Assembly: GCF_018977255.1 (NCBI RefSeq)
Contig: NW_024705306.1
Coordinates: 1 to 55,465, forward strand
DNA length: 55,465 bases
From: Callorhinchus milii
Taxonomy: Eukaryota
Reading direction: 5' to 3'
Below, piece by piece: positions 24,965 to 35,239 of this stretch (position 1 is the stretch's first letter; each line of letters opens with the position of its first letter). Under the pieces are notes generated by a model, which searched no databases, had not been told where the DNA came from, and saw only the letters and a list, made by a program, of their open reading frames with translations. The position numbers and the translations under genes are program-made.

Positions 24965-26340
24965 GCTCGCCCTGCGGGCTGGAGGTGCGCGTCTCGCCCG
25001 CGGGTGGAGGTGCGCGTCTCGCCTGCGGGCGGAGGTGCGCGTCTCGCCCGCGGGGTGGAGGTGCGCGTCTCGCCCGCGGGGTGGAGGTGCGCGTCTCGCC
25101 CTGCGGGTGGAGGTGCGCGTCTCGCCCGCGGGTGGAGGTGCGCGTCTCGCCCGCGGGCTGGAGGTGCGCGTCTCGCCTGCGGGCTGGGGTGCGCGTCTCG
25201 CCCGCGGGTGGAGGTGCGCGTCTCGCCTGCGGGCTGGAGGTGCGCGTCTCGCCCGCGGGGTGGAGGTGCGCGTCTCGCCGCGGGGTGGAGTGCGCGTCTC
25301 GCCCTGCGGGTGGAGGTGCGCGTCTCGCCGCGGGGTGGAGGTGCGCGTCTCGCCCGCGGGGTGGAGGTGCGCGTCTCGCCCTGCGGGCTGGAGGTGCGCG
25401 TCTCGCCCGCGGGTGGAGGTGCGCGTCTCGCCGCGGGTGGAGGTGCGCGTCTCGCCCTGCGGGCTGGAGGTGCGCGTGCCTGCGGGTGGAGGTGCGCGTC
25501 TCGCCCGCGGTATGCGCGTTCGCCTGCGGTGGAGGTGCGCGTCTCGCCGCGGTGGAGGTGCGGTCCGCCCGCGGGGTGGAGATGCGCGGCTCGCCTGCGG
25601 GTGGAGGTGCGCGTCTCGCCTGCGGGTGGAGATGCGCGGCTCGCCTGCGGGGTGGAGGTGCGCGTCTCGCCCTGCGGGTGGATGCGCGGCTCGCCCTGCG
25701 GGGTGGAGGTGCGCGTCCGCCTGCGGGTGGAGGTGCGCGTCTCGCCCGCGGGTGGAGGTGCGCGTCTCGCCCGCGGTGAATGCGCGTCTCGCCTGCGGGC
25801 TGAGTGCGCGTCTCGCCGCGGGTGAGGTGCGCGTCTCGCCCGCGGGTGAGATGCCGGCTCGCCCTGCGGTGGAGGTGCGCGTCTCGCCCTGCGGGGTGGA
25901 GGTGCGCGTCTCGCCCGCGGGGTGGAGGTGCGCGTCTCGCCCTGCGGGGTGGAGGTGCGCGTCTCGCCCGCGGGTGGAGGTGCGCGTCTCGCCCTGCGGG
26001 GTGGAGATGCGCGGCTCGCCCTGCGGGTGGAGGTGCGCGTCTCGCCCTGCGGCTGGAGGTGCGCGTCTCGCCGCGGGGTGGAGGTGCGCGTCTCGCCCGC
26101 GGGTGGAGATGCGCGTCTCGCCCTGCGGGCTGGAGGTGCGCGTCTCGCCGCGGGGTGGAGGTGCGCGTCTCGCCGCGGGGTGGAGATGCGCGGCTCGCCC
26201 TGCGGGTGGAGGTGCGCGTCTCGCCCTGCGGGGTGGAGGGCGCGTCTCGCCGCGGGGTGGAGGTGCGCGTCTCGCCCTGCGGGGTGGAGGTGCGCGTCTC
26301 GCCCGCGGGTGGAGGTGCGCGTCTCGCCCTGCGGGGTGGG
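24965..26340. repeat. GC/CpG-rich minisatellite, 23-25-bp unit GCGGGTGGAGGTGCGCGTCTCGCCC, more than 50 copies
   Basis: Direct tandem repetition; source of the spurious long Arg/Pro/Ala ORFs. Confidence 0.98.
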
Positions 26341-26400
26341 TGGGTGGGGCGCCAGGCCTCTGGGCCATTCAGCAGCGGATAGAGCCTGGGTGGAGATAGC

Positions 26401-26455
26401 GCCCCGCCCCCCCTAGTCGTGACGTCACGGGGCTTCCCCGAGGTCACGTGACGTG
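26401..26455 (+). promoter_or_regulatory. Candidate TRAF6 promoter: GC box, CRE, kappaB site, E-box/CLEAR
   Basis: GCCCCGCCCC 26401-26410; TGACGTCA 26420-26427; GGGGCTTCCCC 26429-26439; GTCACGTGAC 26443-26452; all in a CpG island upstream of TRAF6. Confidence 0.6.
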
Positions 26456-27012
26456 GGGGCCGAGTTCCCGGATGAAGGAAGCGAGGCACCGGGGGCCGAG
26501 GTCGAGTGGTCGGAGGGCGACTTCAGGGCAGCGTCGCGGTTCAAAGGGCGCCGAGAACCGGGGTCCGAGGTCCCGGTGCAGGTGTCCGAGGTTCGAGCCA
26601 CCGGGTGCGAGTATGACAATGAAATTCCTGAGTCCGAGCACCAGGCTCTGACCACCCTGACGACTAAACAGCTGTACCCGAGACCCGAGCTCTGGAGGCC
26701 GAGTCGCAGTCGCTTTCGGCAGTGGGGTCCGCGCACCGGCGAGCTCCGAGTAGTAGCGGCGTCCTCGGCCAAGTGACCGGGCTCCGATCACTGCCGAGAT
26801 CCGAGCTCCGGGCTCTGGACGCCGGTGGGTGTCGCGCTGCGAGCGGCGTGTTTACAGTGTGCTGCAAACAACGTGGCCACATACACATTCGCCCGCATGT
26901 ATTGCGCTAAACCATTGGAAGATATTTGATTTGAAGCTTTCGTGACTGCAGGAATTACTCTTTGGTTCTTTCGGTAAAGTCACTTAGAAAGAAAATAAAT
27001 TAAATAATAAAA

Positions 27013-27053
27013 TACGAAGTTTCGATTGCAACACAAGCAACCGTCATCAGGTA
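27013..27053 (-). ncRNA. Minimal hammerhead ribozyme motif (left arm of fold-back element)
   Basis: UAC CUGAUGA C GGUUGC uuguguu GCAAUC GAAACUUC GUA. Confidence 0.62.
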
Positions 27054-27426
27054 GAACTACATTTGAGAGAGAGACACAGCACAGACACAGACAGACACAC
27101 AAGCAGAGAGAGACAACACAGACACACAGAGAGACACAAGCAGAGAGAGACACAGAGAGAGACACACCACATAGACACAAGACAGACATACAAGCAGAGA
27201 GAGACAACACAGACACACAAGCAGAGAGACAACACAGAGTTTCTGTGTGTCTATGTTGTGTCTCCGTGTCTGTGTTGTCTCTCTCTGCTTGTGTGTCTGT
27301 CTGTGTGTCTATGTTGTGTGTGTCTCTCTCTGTCTGTCTGTATCTCTCTCTCTGTGTCTCTGTGTGTCTCTCTCTGTGTTTGTGTCTGTGTGTCTCTGTG
27401 TCTGTTTTGTCTCTCAAATGTAGTTC

Positions 27427-27467
27427 TACCTGATGACGACTGCTTGTGTTGTAATCGAAACGTCGTA
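27427..27467 (+). ncRNA. Minimal hammerhead ribozyme motif (right arm of fold-back element)
   Basis: UAC CUGAUGA C GACUGC uuguguu GUAAUC GAAACGUC GUA; one stem II mismatch. Confidence 0.65.
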
Positions 27468-28576
27468 TTCTATTGTTTAATTTATTTTCTTCCACGTAAC
27501 TTTAGCGAAAGAACAAAGAGCATTGGAAGATATATTTAGATTAATGCGTTACACCATTGGAGATGTATTAATATAAATGTGATGAGTGGCTCGTGTGAGG
27601 CCCAGAGGCCGCACGGGGCAAGGGCCCCGGCTCGCCTGGCCGCGGCTGCGGGCGCCAGGCGAGAGGCCGGACCGCGTCGAAGTCACTGGGTGGTTCGTGA
27701 GATTTTGCCGTGACCGTGTTTTCGCCGCATTGTGTATGTTTATAGGTAGCTGCCGTAATGTAACAGCACACACTGGACTTGCAATCCAGTCGCACCGGTT
27801 TAATTCCATCTCCCGGCGCGGCTGTGAACACAATCGGGAAAGTTTACTCCGCCGCCCCTGGGCACCCAGCAACAGTGTAAATGGGGTCACCGCAACTTCA
27901 TTGATCGGCCGGTCGCGTGTGATGGGACGAAGAGTGGGGGGTTATGCCCACCTCCTCCAACACGCCTGGTCATTGTGGAAGAGTAAACCCAATACCCCCC
28001 CAGATGTTCCTCTCGTGAACACCCTCGCGCCGAAATTGGCTTAAGCAATTGCAGGGCTGTACCTTTACGTTAAAAAAATTTGTATCAATATAAATAACAT
28101 CACAAACTATATACGGGGCAGGTTTTTAGACTTCATGGAGGTAACAGGTTTATGTTAAGAAAACAGAGACAGGGACATGTCACTCCTGAAGCTAGTCAGA
28201 AATCCACCTTCACATATCTCTCCGCAAAAACATTTACACTTCCCATTGGCCACACGGCCTTCCGGAGAGTTAATATTTTCACTCTCCGAAATACCAGCAA
28301 ACTGTGGGCCAGATTTGACATTTATCAGCAAAGTTGGGCTGATGCGAAGAACTTGTATCTATATGTGCGCGCAATGCCTGCGTGCAAATTTCCTGCCGGT
28401 TGTGTGTGTGCATACCAGGGTAGAGTGGGGTCTGTGTGATGAGGTCAGCGATGGGAGACTGACTTGCTTTCACCACTCCTGTGATCTTTTGTACTTATGC
28501 CTGGTCACAACTTCCCCCTACGTGTACCACTAGGTTCTGTGCAGGCCCCATCCGGGCCGTGGGGCCGCGTGGCACA

Positions 28577-28857
28577 ATGAGCTGTGGTGGTGGTCACGAA
28601 GTGGACGATGAGGCGTGCTGCAGCGCACGGGGATTGCGCACGCCAGGAGACACAACCGATTGTTCAGAGAGCGGTCTTTCCTTCCATTCGGTGTCTGGCG
28701 ATGACTCGGCCACCGAGGCTCAAGGCTACGAGGCTGACTTTGAGCCGCCCCTTGAGAGCAAGTACGAGTGCCCCATCTGCCTGATGGCACTGAGGGAGCC
28801 CGTGCAGACTCCCTGCGGACACCGCTTCTGCAGAGCATGCATCCTGCACTCCATGAG
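28577..28857 (+). CDS. TRAF6: TRAF6 first coding exon (RING domain N-part)
   Basis: ATG at 28577, [24 protein letters not shown], phase-2 donor AG|GTGCGC. Confidence 0.95.
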
Positions 28858-31800
28858 GTGCGCTGGGCCTTCCCACATACACTGGACATTCCCACACACA
28901 TGGCTTCAATAGAGCTGCTCTCAGTGTCATGAAGATGTCGGACCCTGCCAGTTTCAGCCAGGATGTTTTACAGATGATGGGAGGGAAGAGTTATCTGTAA
29001 AATGTCATTATTATTACGCTTGTTTACTCAGGAAAGCCTCACATAATCTCAAGACTATTTCAGGAGCGACTTGACAAGTTGCAGTAAGTAGCGATGATGT
29101 GATGTGTCATCTCAATTGAGACATTAGCAGGTAATTCTTCAGCTTGGGGATGTTTTGGCCAATACCGGTTTCCGTGTGTTTCTTTGTATGTAATGGGAGG
29201 AAACTCGGGAACCCAGAGGAAACTCGTGCAGAATAGGAGGAAAATATACAACCTCTTCACGGAAAAGCACCCGATTTGGGAATTGAACCCAGGCAATTCA
29301 TACTTTGAGGTACAAGTGTTACCACTGCACTACCATCCTGCCGCCAAAATATTTCCACATTTTCACAAACAGACTATCTACAATTTTTTTTACGGAAATT
29401 CCACCAACAGGGAATACTAAACAGGTTAAAGAATGGTCAAACAATATTTCTGACCGACACAATGAGGCCTTCATGCAATACGAGATTGTGACAAGCCGCT
29501 GAAATGTATGACACCTGCACACACAGCAGCAACAGCAGGTGATATTGCCAACGAATGTTACATGGGGTAATGTCAGCGATTTGGAGACAAGGGTTTCCAG
29601 GAGGCACCTTTTTTATTAACACCTACACACTTCACAGGTTCGCCCTCGCACTCTCACTAGTCATCTAGCCGAGCCTAAACACAACCCTGACCGTGTAACA
29701 CTGATGGCACTGACCGAGACAGCCAACAACTCTCCGGCCGTGCAATATCTAGTGAAGAAGGCGGTGAAGACGACAGCGACGACGAGACGAGTCCACTCCC
29801 AGAACCGGCAGCCCTGAGCTCCGCTCTCAGCTGCTTTTATGCTCCCAGCGCGGCCTGGCTCCGCACTGGCCACGCCTCCCTTCTGGAACCCACTAGCAGG
29901 TTCCAGGGGCTTCCAGATGGGGTCTTCCATGACCCTTGCCCCAGTTCCTCCGCCCTGCCGACACACAGCCGTGTATATGCTCACCGGCGTGTGCACTGTT
30001 TGTCCACCACAGTTGCCGCTGCTGGACAGCAGCCGGTGCTATTACACTATGCGTGCACTTTTACATAATCATGTGTTTTACCTTGGGAAGCCTCACTGAG
30101 TCTCAATAATTTTTCAGGCGGGTCCTGCTACATTGTTAGGTTTGGCCAATTCCATTAATGAGAGTTTGGCTTCTTGTGGGAGTAAACCGGAGAGCCCGGA
30201 TGAAACACCTGGCGCATAGGAGGGGTTCACGCCCAAAGCACCGCACAAATATATTAAAGAATCTATTGCCATACTGCTATCTCCTGGCTATCTCGCAGCC
30301 AGCCTCCCGCCCCTACAGGACCTGTGATTCCCAAGCAGCCTCCCACGAACCAGGCTTAACCCTGGCATTGCGCATTATCCCCCCGACCCCTCCCCCACCG
30401 CCTGGGATGGCAAGTGAAAGTGCAGTCCCAGGGATAAAACAATCAGAGCCAGGGATATCCGTGCATCCCCCCCTGTACACGATGCCTCTTTGTCTGGCTG
30501 CTTCTGTAATAATTGTCTAAACTGTGTAGACTATTTTTTAGTGTGTGCGTTAACATTTTTACAACTTCAGGTTCAAATATGCATTCCATGTTACTGACTT
30601 AGGGACGCCGGTCCCAAGTGCCCCGTGGATAACGCCGTGCTCCATGAGGGACAACTCTTCCCCGATAACTTTGCCAAGCGCGAGATCCTGTCGCTCACCG
30701 TGCGATGTCCCAACAAGCCGTGTGGTCACCGCGGCGAGCTGCGTGCCCTACAGGTGAGAAGCCCCAGCCATTTCCTACACCGCATCCCGAATCATTCCCA
30801 TGGCATAATTCAAGCTCAAATTTACATTTAGGCAGTATTCCGCTCCTGTTTACAGCCACGAGCCAGTGATGGATATTCCACGTTATGATGGTGGAGGCAA
30901 GTCTTTCCAAAGAACCACTGTTGACTTTCACACAAACTGGTACTTTTTTCACTATGGGGACCTCATTTGCCAGTAAAAATATGATAATTGGTTCTTTACC
31001 CTTCTATCTGGCAACAAAACTGACACCTTTTTGCAAGGAGTCATGTTTGCATAGACCGCAATACCTGCAGTCATAATACAAACAAAAGAACATAGTGCAC
31101 ATTATCAGAGTTATGTTCTTTTGTTTGTATTATGTATTATGACTGCAGGTATTGCGGTCTATGCAAACATGACTCCTTGCAACTCCTTGCAAAAAGGTGT
31201 CAGTTTTGTTGCCAGATAGAAGGGTAAAGAATCAATTATGGTACTTTTTTATTGACCCTGAATGGAGGTATGATGGGTTGAGTCAACCCCCAACCAGAAC
31301 GTGAATTCACTCTACCACCAAGCCACCTCATCGATGCACTGCTTATCTGACCAAGACATCACTTACACTTTGACTGAATGTTGTATAATGCCCTTCGTGT
31401 GTGCATGTGTGCAGGAACACCAGTTGCGTTGTGAGTACGCGCAGGTGCCGTGTGTGCGCTGTGAGATGCCTGTGTGCCGGCGGGACCTGGCAAAGCACGA
31501 GGAGCAGGAGTGCATGAGACGCATCGTCACTTGTCTCCACTGCTGTGAGAAGATGGCATACCAGGACTCAAAGGTTAGACTGTGGCTGCGATATATTCCG
31601 ATTATATTCTGGGCAGGAGGGTCTTGGAGTGGTAGCACTTGCGCCTCACAGCAAGAAGGACTTGGGTTCGATTTCCGACTCGGGCGCCTTGCTGTGTGGA
31701 GTTTGTATGTTCTCTGTGTGTTCTGCATGAGCTTCCTTCGGGTTCTCTGGTTTCATCCCACACCTAAAAAACACCACAGTGTAACTGGAACTGGCCAAAT

Positions 31801-34800
31801 TACCATTGCTGAGAAATTACCTGCAAATGACTCCGTTGGGATGAAACATTTCAACATTGCCCCCTACTCCAAATACTTGGCAGGACCCTCCTGAAAACAG
31901 TCTTAAGACTCGGTGAGGCTTCCCTAGGTAAAAAAGTGTAATAGTAAACTAATGACAAGTGAGATCCTGGTGGTGTTAAACTCTCCACCCTGCTCAACCC
32001 AATGAATGTGGCACATTCTCGGGGTGGGTCAAAAAGCATAATATCTATTTCCATTATAATATTTGTCTATAAAATGTAAACATTTATATAATTAAAAGAG
32101 CATGAATATTTAGCAACGAGCTAAATAATCTAAAATATTTGCTTCTGTCAGTGACTAACACATTGCTGTGTGTTTTCTGTTTGCTTTGCTTTTCTGCAGA
32201 ACCATGAACAGATGTGTCCACTCGTCGTGGTGAATTGCAAACACTGCCAACAGGAGCTGATCCGGGAACAGGTGAGTCATCTGTTCCATCACTGCCATCT
32301 CCTGGCTTGTCCAGAATATGGTAGTCGAGCAAATAGATACATTTTTCTCTGTTCCACCTGGATGAGGATTAAGCGTTACAACCTCGCACACGTGGATTTT
32401 CTTCAGGTATTGCTGGTTCTGGCTACCTTCACACTTGCATGTAAATTCCTGCACCTCTGTACGAATACTGCACATTACGACTTGGACAGCATTTTACAAT
32501 GCGCATTGCATGAATGACGCAGTATAAATAAAGTAGATTAATTATTGTAAGCGCGCGTGGTAGCTACATTCTGAAGACGTTGCGTCCTGAAGGTGTAATG
32601 GGCATAGCAATAACCTCCTACGCAACTATTGCAGTAGATATGTCAGCGTCAATAAAAATGTGCAACAATATAAAAAAGCAGGATCATGAGAAGCAGCAGT
32701 GGCTTGAGGATGCCTTAATCCAGCAGTAGATTGATTATGGGTGGTGATTCCCTGACATGAGTTTTTGGCGATGTAACATTCTGTGATCAATTGCTACGTT
32801 TGTCTTTACAACAGCTGGGGCCGCATCTGGAGGTCGACTGTCAGCAAGCCCAGGTGCCCTGCACCTTCAGCCCGCTCGGCTGTGAGGCTCAGGTAACGAT
32901 TTTGGGGCTTCATATGCTGTGCAGAGTCATATCTTTTCTCGAGAATTCCAGGCATAAATCAGGTAGCTCTTCAGTACAAAGCTGCAGAGATAAATAGTGC
33001 ATTAAGTGGTAGCAGGGAGGTGTAGTGGTAACACTTCTGCCTCACAGCAAGAAGGGATTAGCGACTCGGTTGCCTTTACATGTGGAATTTGTATGTCCTC
33101 TCCCTGTTCCGCAGAGTGTGTGCATGTGTGAGTGGTGGTAAGTGATAGTGTGTGAAATTTGTATGTTATCTCTTGTTCTGCATGGGTTTCATCTGGGATC
33201 ACTGGTTTCCTCCCATAGCTATATCACGTACAATGTAGCTTTTTTTACAAAAGATCCCAATGCTGAAAGTTTACCTGCAAATTACTCAAATGGGATTACG
33301 CACAGCAGCAGCAACATCGCCCCTAATGTGAAAACTTAACAGCACCCTCCTGAAAAAGAAGCTTGACACTCAGCGAGGCTTTCCTTAGTAGATAAGTATT
33401 CTACTAAGAATAAGAATTAAGTCGCATAGGATGTCACTGGATTTTAAAACGAAATAGAACATGCTGCCTGATTGTGGGTATGCCATCTGGTGGCCAAGAG
33501 TGCTAACTACGGGTATGGGAGCGGTATAGAATGACACTTATGCAGCCGACCACAAGGGGGCATAACTGGGTCAAGGGTCAAAGAGGGGATTGGACTGGAA
33601 GCTCCTGGAACTCGCGAGAGAGTTCCAGAAGAGGGGCGTGGCCAAGGGCGGTGGGCTTGGCCATACTGGGTGAATGTAAGGGAAAGGCAAACGGGGGTTC
33701 GGGGCTGTCGTGGGGGTTTGGGTCCTGGCTGTCATCACCGTCATCGCTGCCATCTCTTCGTCGTCGTCGCTGCATAGCCAGCCAGCTATACAGTCTTCAT
33801 CGACGTCGTCACTATATAGTTAGCCAGCTATATAGTTATGTGTTGCCGATGTCGCTGTATGGATGGCTAAGCTATAAGTCAGTCAGTGCTTATGTTACTC
33901 TGTGACCCTGTCGTTAAAGTATTAAGAAATAAATAAGAAACCCTCTACAAGTCGTGTCTCGGAAGTCGTCTCGTTATACGTGTGAACTCGTGCGTGTGTG
34001 TGTGGTATGTTGCTCTCTCGCAGATGGTGCGGTCGCTGCTGGCCGCTCACATGCATGAGCACACCCAGGTGCACATGCGTCTCCTGGCCAACGGCCTCAA
34101 GATCCTGCGTATCCAGGTTGGCCAGGGTGCCCAACCGTCCTCGGCGGCCGGGTCCTCTGCTCCGCCTAACAGCCTCTCTTGGCTCAGCAGCACGAGCGGC
34201 GGGGACGTCCAGACTGCCGGCGCCAGTCGGAGCCAGGGTTCGCGCGACCGCGCCGCGTGCGACTGCGCTCAGGAGCTGGACCGGCTGCGCGAAATCACGC
34301 GGACGTTAGAGGAGCGCGTCATCCTGCAGCTGCACCAGATCCGGGAGCTGAGCGCCAAGACGGACAACCAGCAGGGCTTGCTTGCCGAGGCCACGCGCCT
34401 CGTGCGCTCGCTGGAGGCTCGCGTGGCCGAGTCCGAGTCGCGCCTGTGCGCGGGCATCTTCACGTGGCGCGTGGAGAGGTTCTCACGACTCCTCCCTGGG
34501 GCCTCGCCTCCGGCTTTGCCTCCGATGGGATGCACCCAGACGCTCCGGCTGTCATGCACAGCTCGGGATTCTACACAGGAGTCCCCGGCTACCGCCTGTG
34601 CCTTCGCCTGCAGGTGCTGAGCGGCCGCGAGGGTCCGGCGGGCGCGGCTTCTCCCGGCGTGCTGCTCGCCGGGCGCCAACCTCATCTGGCCTTGTTTGTT
34701 CACCTGCTGCAAGGCGACTATGACCACCGCCTGCCATGGCCCTTCAACGGTCGCATCCGCATCTCGGTGGTGGACCAGTGTGAGCGCGACAGCGTGCACG

Positions 34801-35239
34801 TGACAGAAATGATGGATGCCGATCCGCAGCTGAGTGCCTTCCAGCGCCCCTCCGTGCACCGCAACCCCAAGGTTTTGGCTACATGAATTTCATGGATATC
34901 AAGACCCTGCACCACCGCTCTTACCTGCGCGATGACTGCCTAGTGGTGCGCTGTGAGGTGGTGACGACGCTGGGTCCGGGAGGGTTGCAGCAGCAAGGCC
35001 TACTGCTCGAGGACCCCCCACGGCCCCCAAATCAGCCCGAGAATGTTCCACATTCCATGGATGAGCAGAGTGGAGAGTTTAACACAACCAGGATGTCAGT
35101 CGTAATTATTCTTTTTTTTGTTATAATTATTACGGTTTTTTTTACCCAGGAAATCTCACTGAGTCTCAAGACACTTTCAGGAGGGTCTTGCCAAGTTTTT
35201 ACAGGAGGGTGCGATGTTGTCATGTGTCACCCCAATTGA
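28577..35239 (+). CDS. TRAF6: TNF receptor-associated factor 6 (RING, zinc fingers, coiled coil, TRAF-C/MATH), spliced gene
   Basis: Coding exons 28577-28857, 30603-30753 (151 bp), 31415-31573 (159 bp), 32200-32271 (72 bp), 32815-32892 (78 bp) and 34024 to about 35239, all GT-AG. Signature peptides: [68 protein letters not shown]...RNPK. Two 1-nt frameshifts in the last exon; true stop uncertain. Confidence 0.97.
29556..30046 (-). mobile_element. Putative solo LTR
   Basis: Minus strand runs TGTAAT...TGTAACA with CATAAAAG (TATA-like) and AATAAA. Homologous, inverted, to about 33470-33980. No clear TSD. Confidence 0.5.
30603..32892 (+). CDS. TRAF6: TRAF6 RING C-part and zinc-finger exons (4 exons)
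   Basis: [65 protein letters not shown]. Confidence 0.93.
30950..31238. mobile_element. TSD-flanked fold-back insertion with ~110-bp near-perfect inverted repeat
   Basis: Arms about 30984-31094 and 31112-31239. TGGTACTTTTTT at 30938-30949 and 31239-31250. Confidence 0.75.
31615..31940 (+). mobile_element. tRNA-derived SINE with V-domain-like core
   Basis: tRNA-like head (GGGTTCGATTTCC), GTGTGGAGTTTGTATGTTCTC core, shared tail GCAGGACCCTCCTGAAAA..AGACTCGGTGAGGCTTCCCTAGGTAAA. Related copies at about 11090-11385(+), 12190-12440(-), 29020-29345(-), 33010-33400(+), 35135-35435(-). Confidence 0.7.
33470..33980 (+). mobile_element. Putative solo LTR related to 29556-30046
   Basis: Shares AACTGGG.CAAGGGTCA..CTGGAAGC.CCTGGAAC..GTTCCAGAAG...GGCGTGGCCA and an AATAAA..TGTCTC end. 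Confidence 0.45.
34024..35239 (+). CDS. TRAF6: TRAF6 last exon (coiled coil + TRAF-C/MATH), read across three frames
   Basis: ORFs 33982-34620, 34179-34886 and 34883-35239 carry consecutive parts of the domain: GIFTWRV / HSSGFYTG...RNPK / GFGYMNFM...[10 protein letters not shown]. Confidence 0.9.

Larger units (their letters stand above)
26926..27520. mobile_element. Inverted pLTR pair enclosing an inverted (AC/AG)-(TG/TC) microsatellite; 13-bp TSD
   Basis: The whole unit is quasi-palindromic about position ~27240. CATTGGAAGATAT at 26913-26925 and 27521-27533. Confidence 0.85.

Noticed and set aside
24752..26489. 300-550-aa ORFs on both strands
   Set aside because: Translations of a stop-free GC-rich minisatellite
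26453..26776. 107-aa ORF downstream of the promoter motifs
   Set aside because: GTG start, GC-rich, no recognisable homology; more likely TRAF6 5' UTR or intron
26980..27539. ORFs across the microsatellite hairpin
   Set aside because: Low-complexity translations of AC/AG repeats
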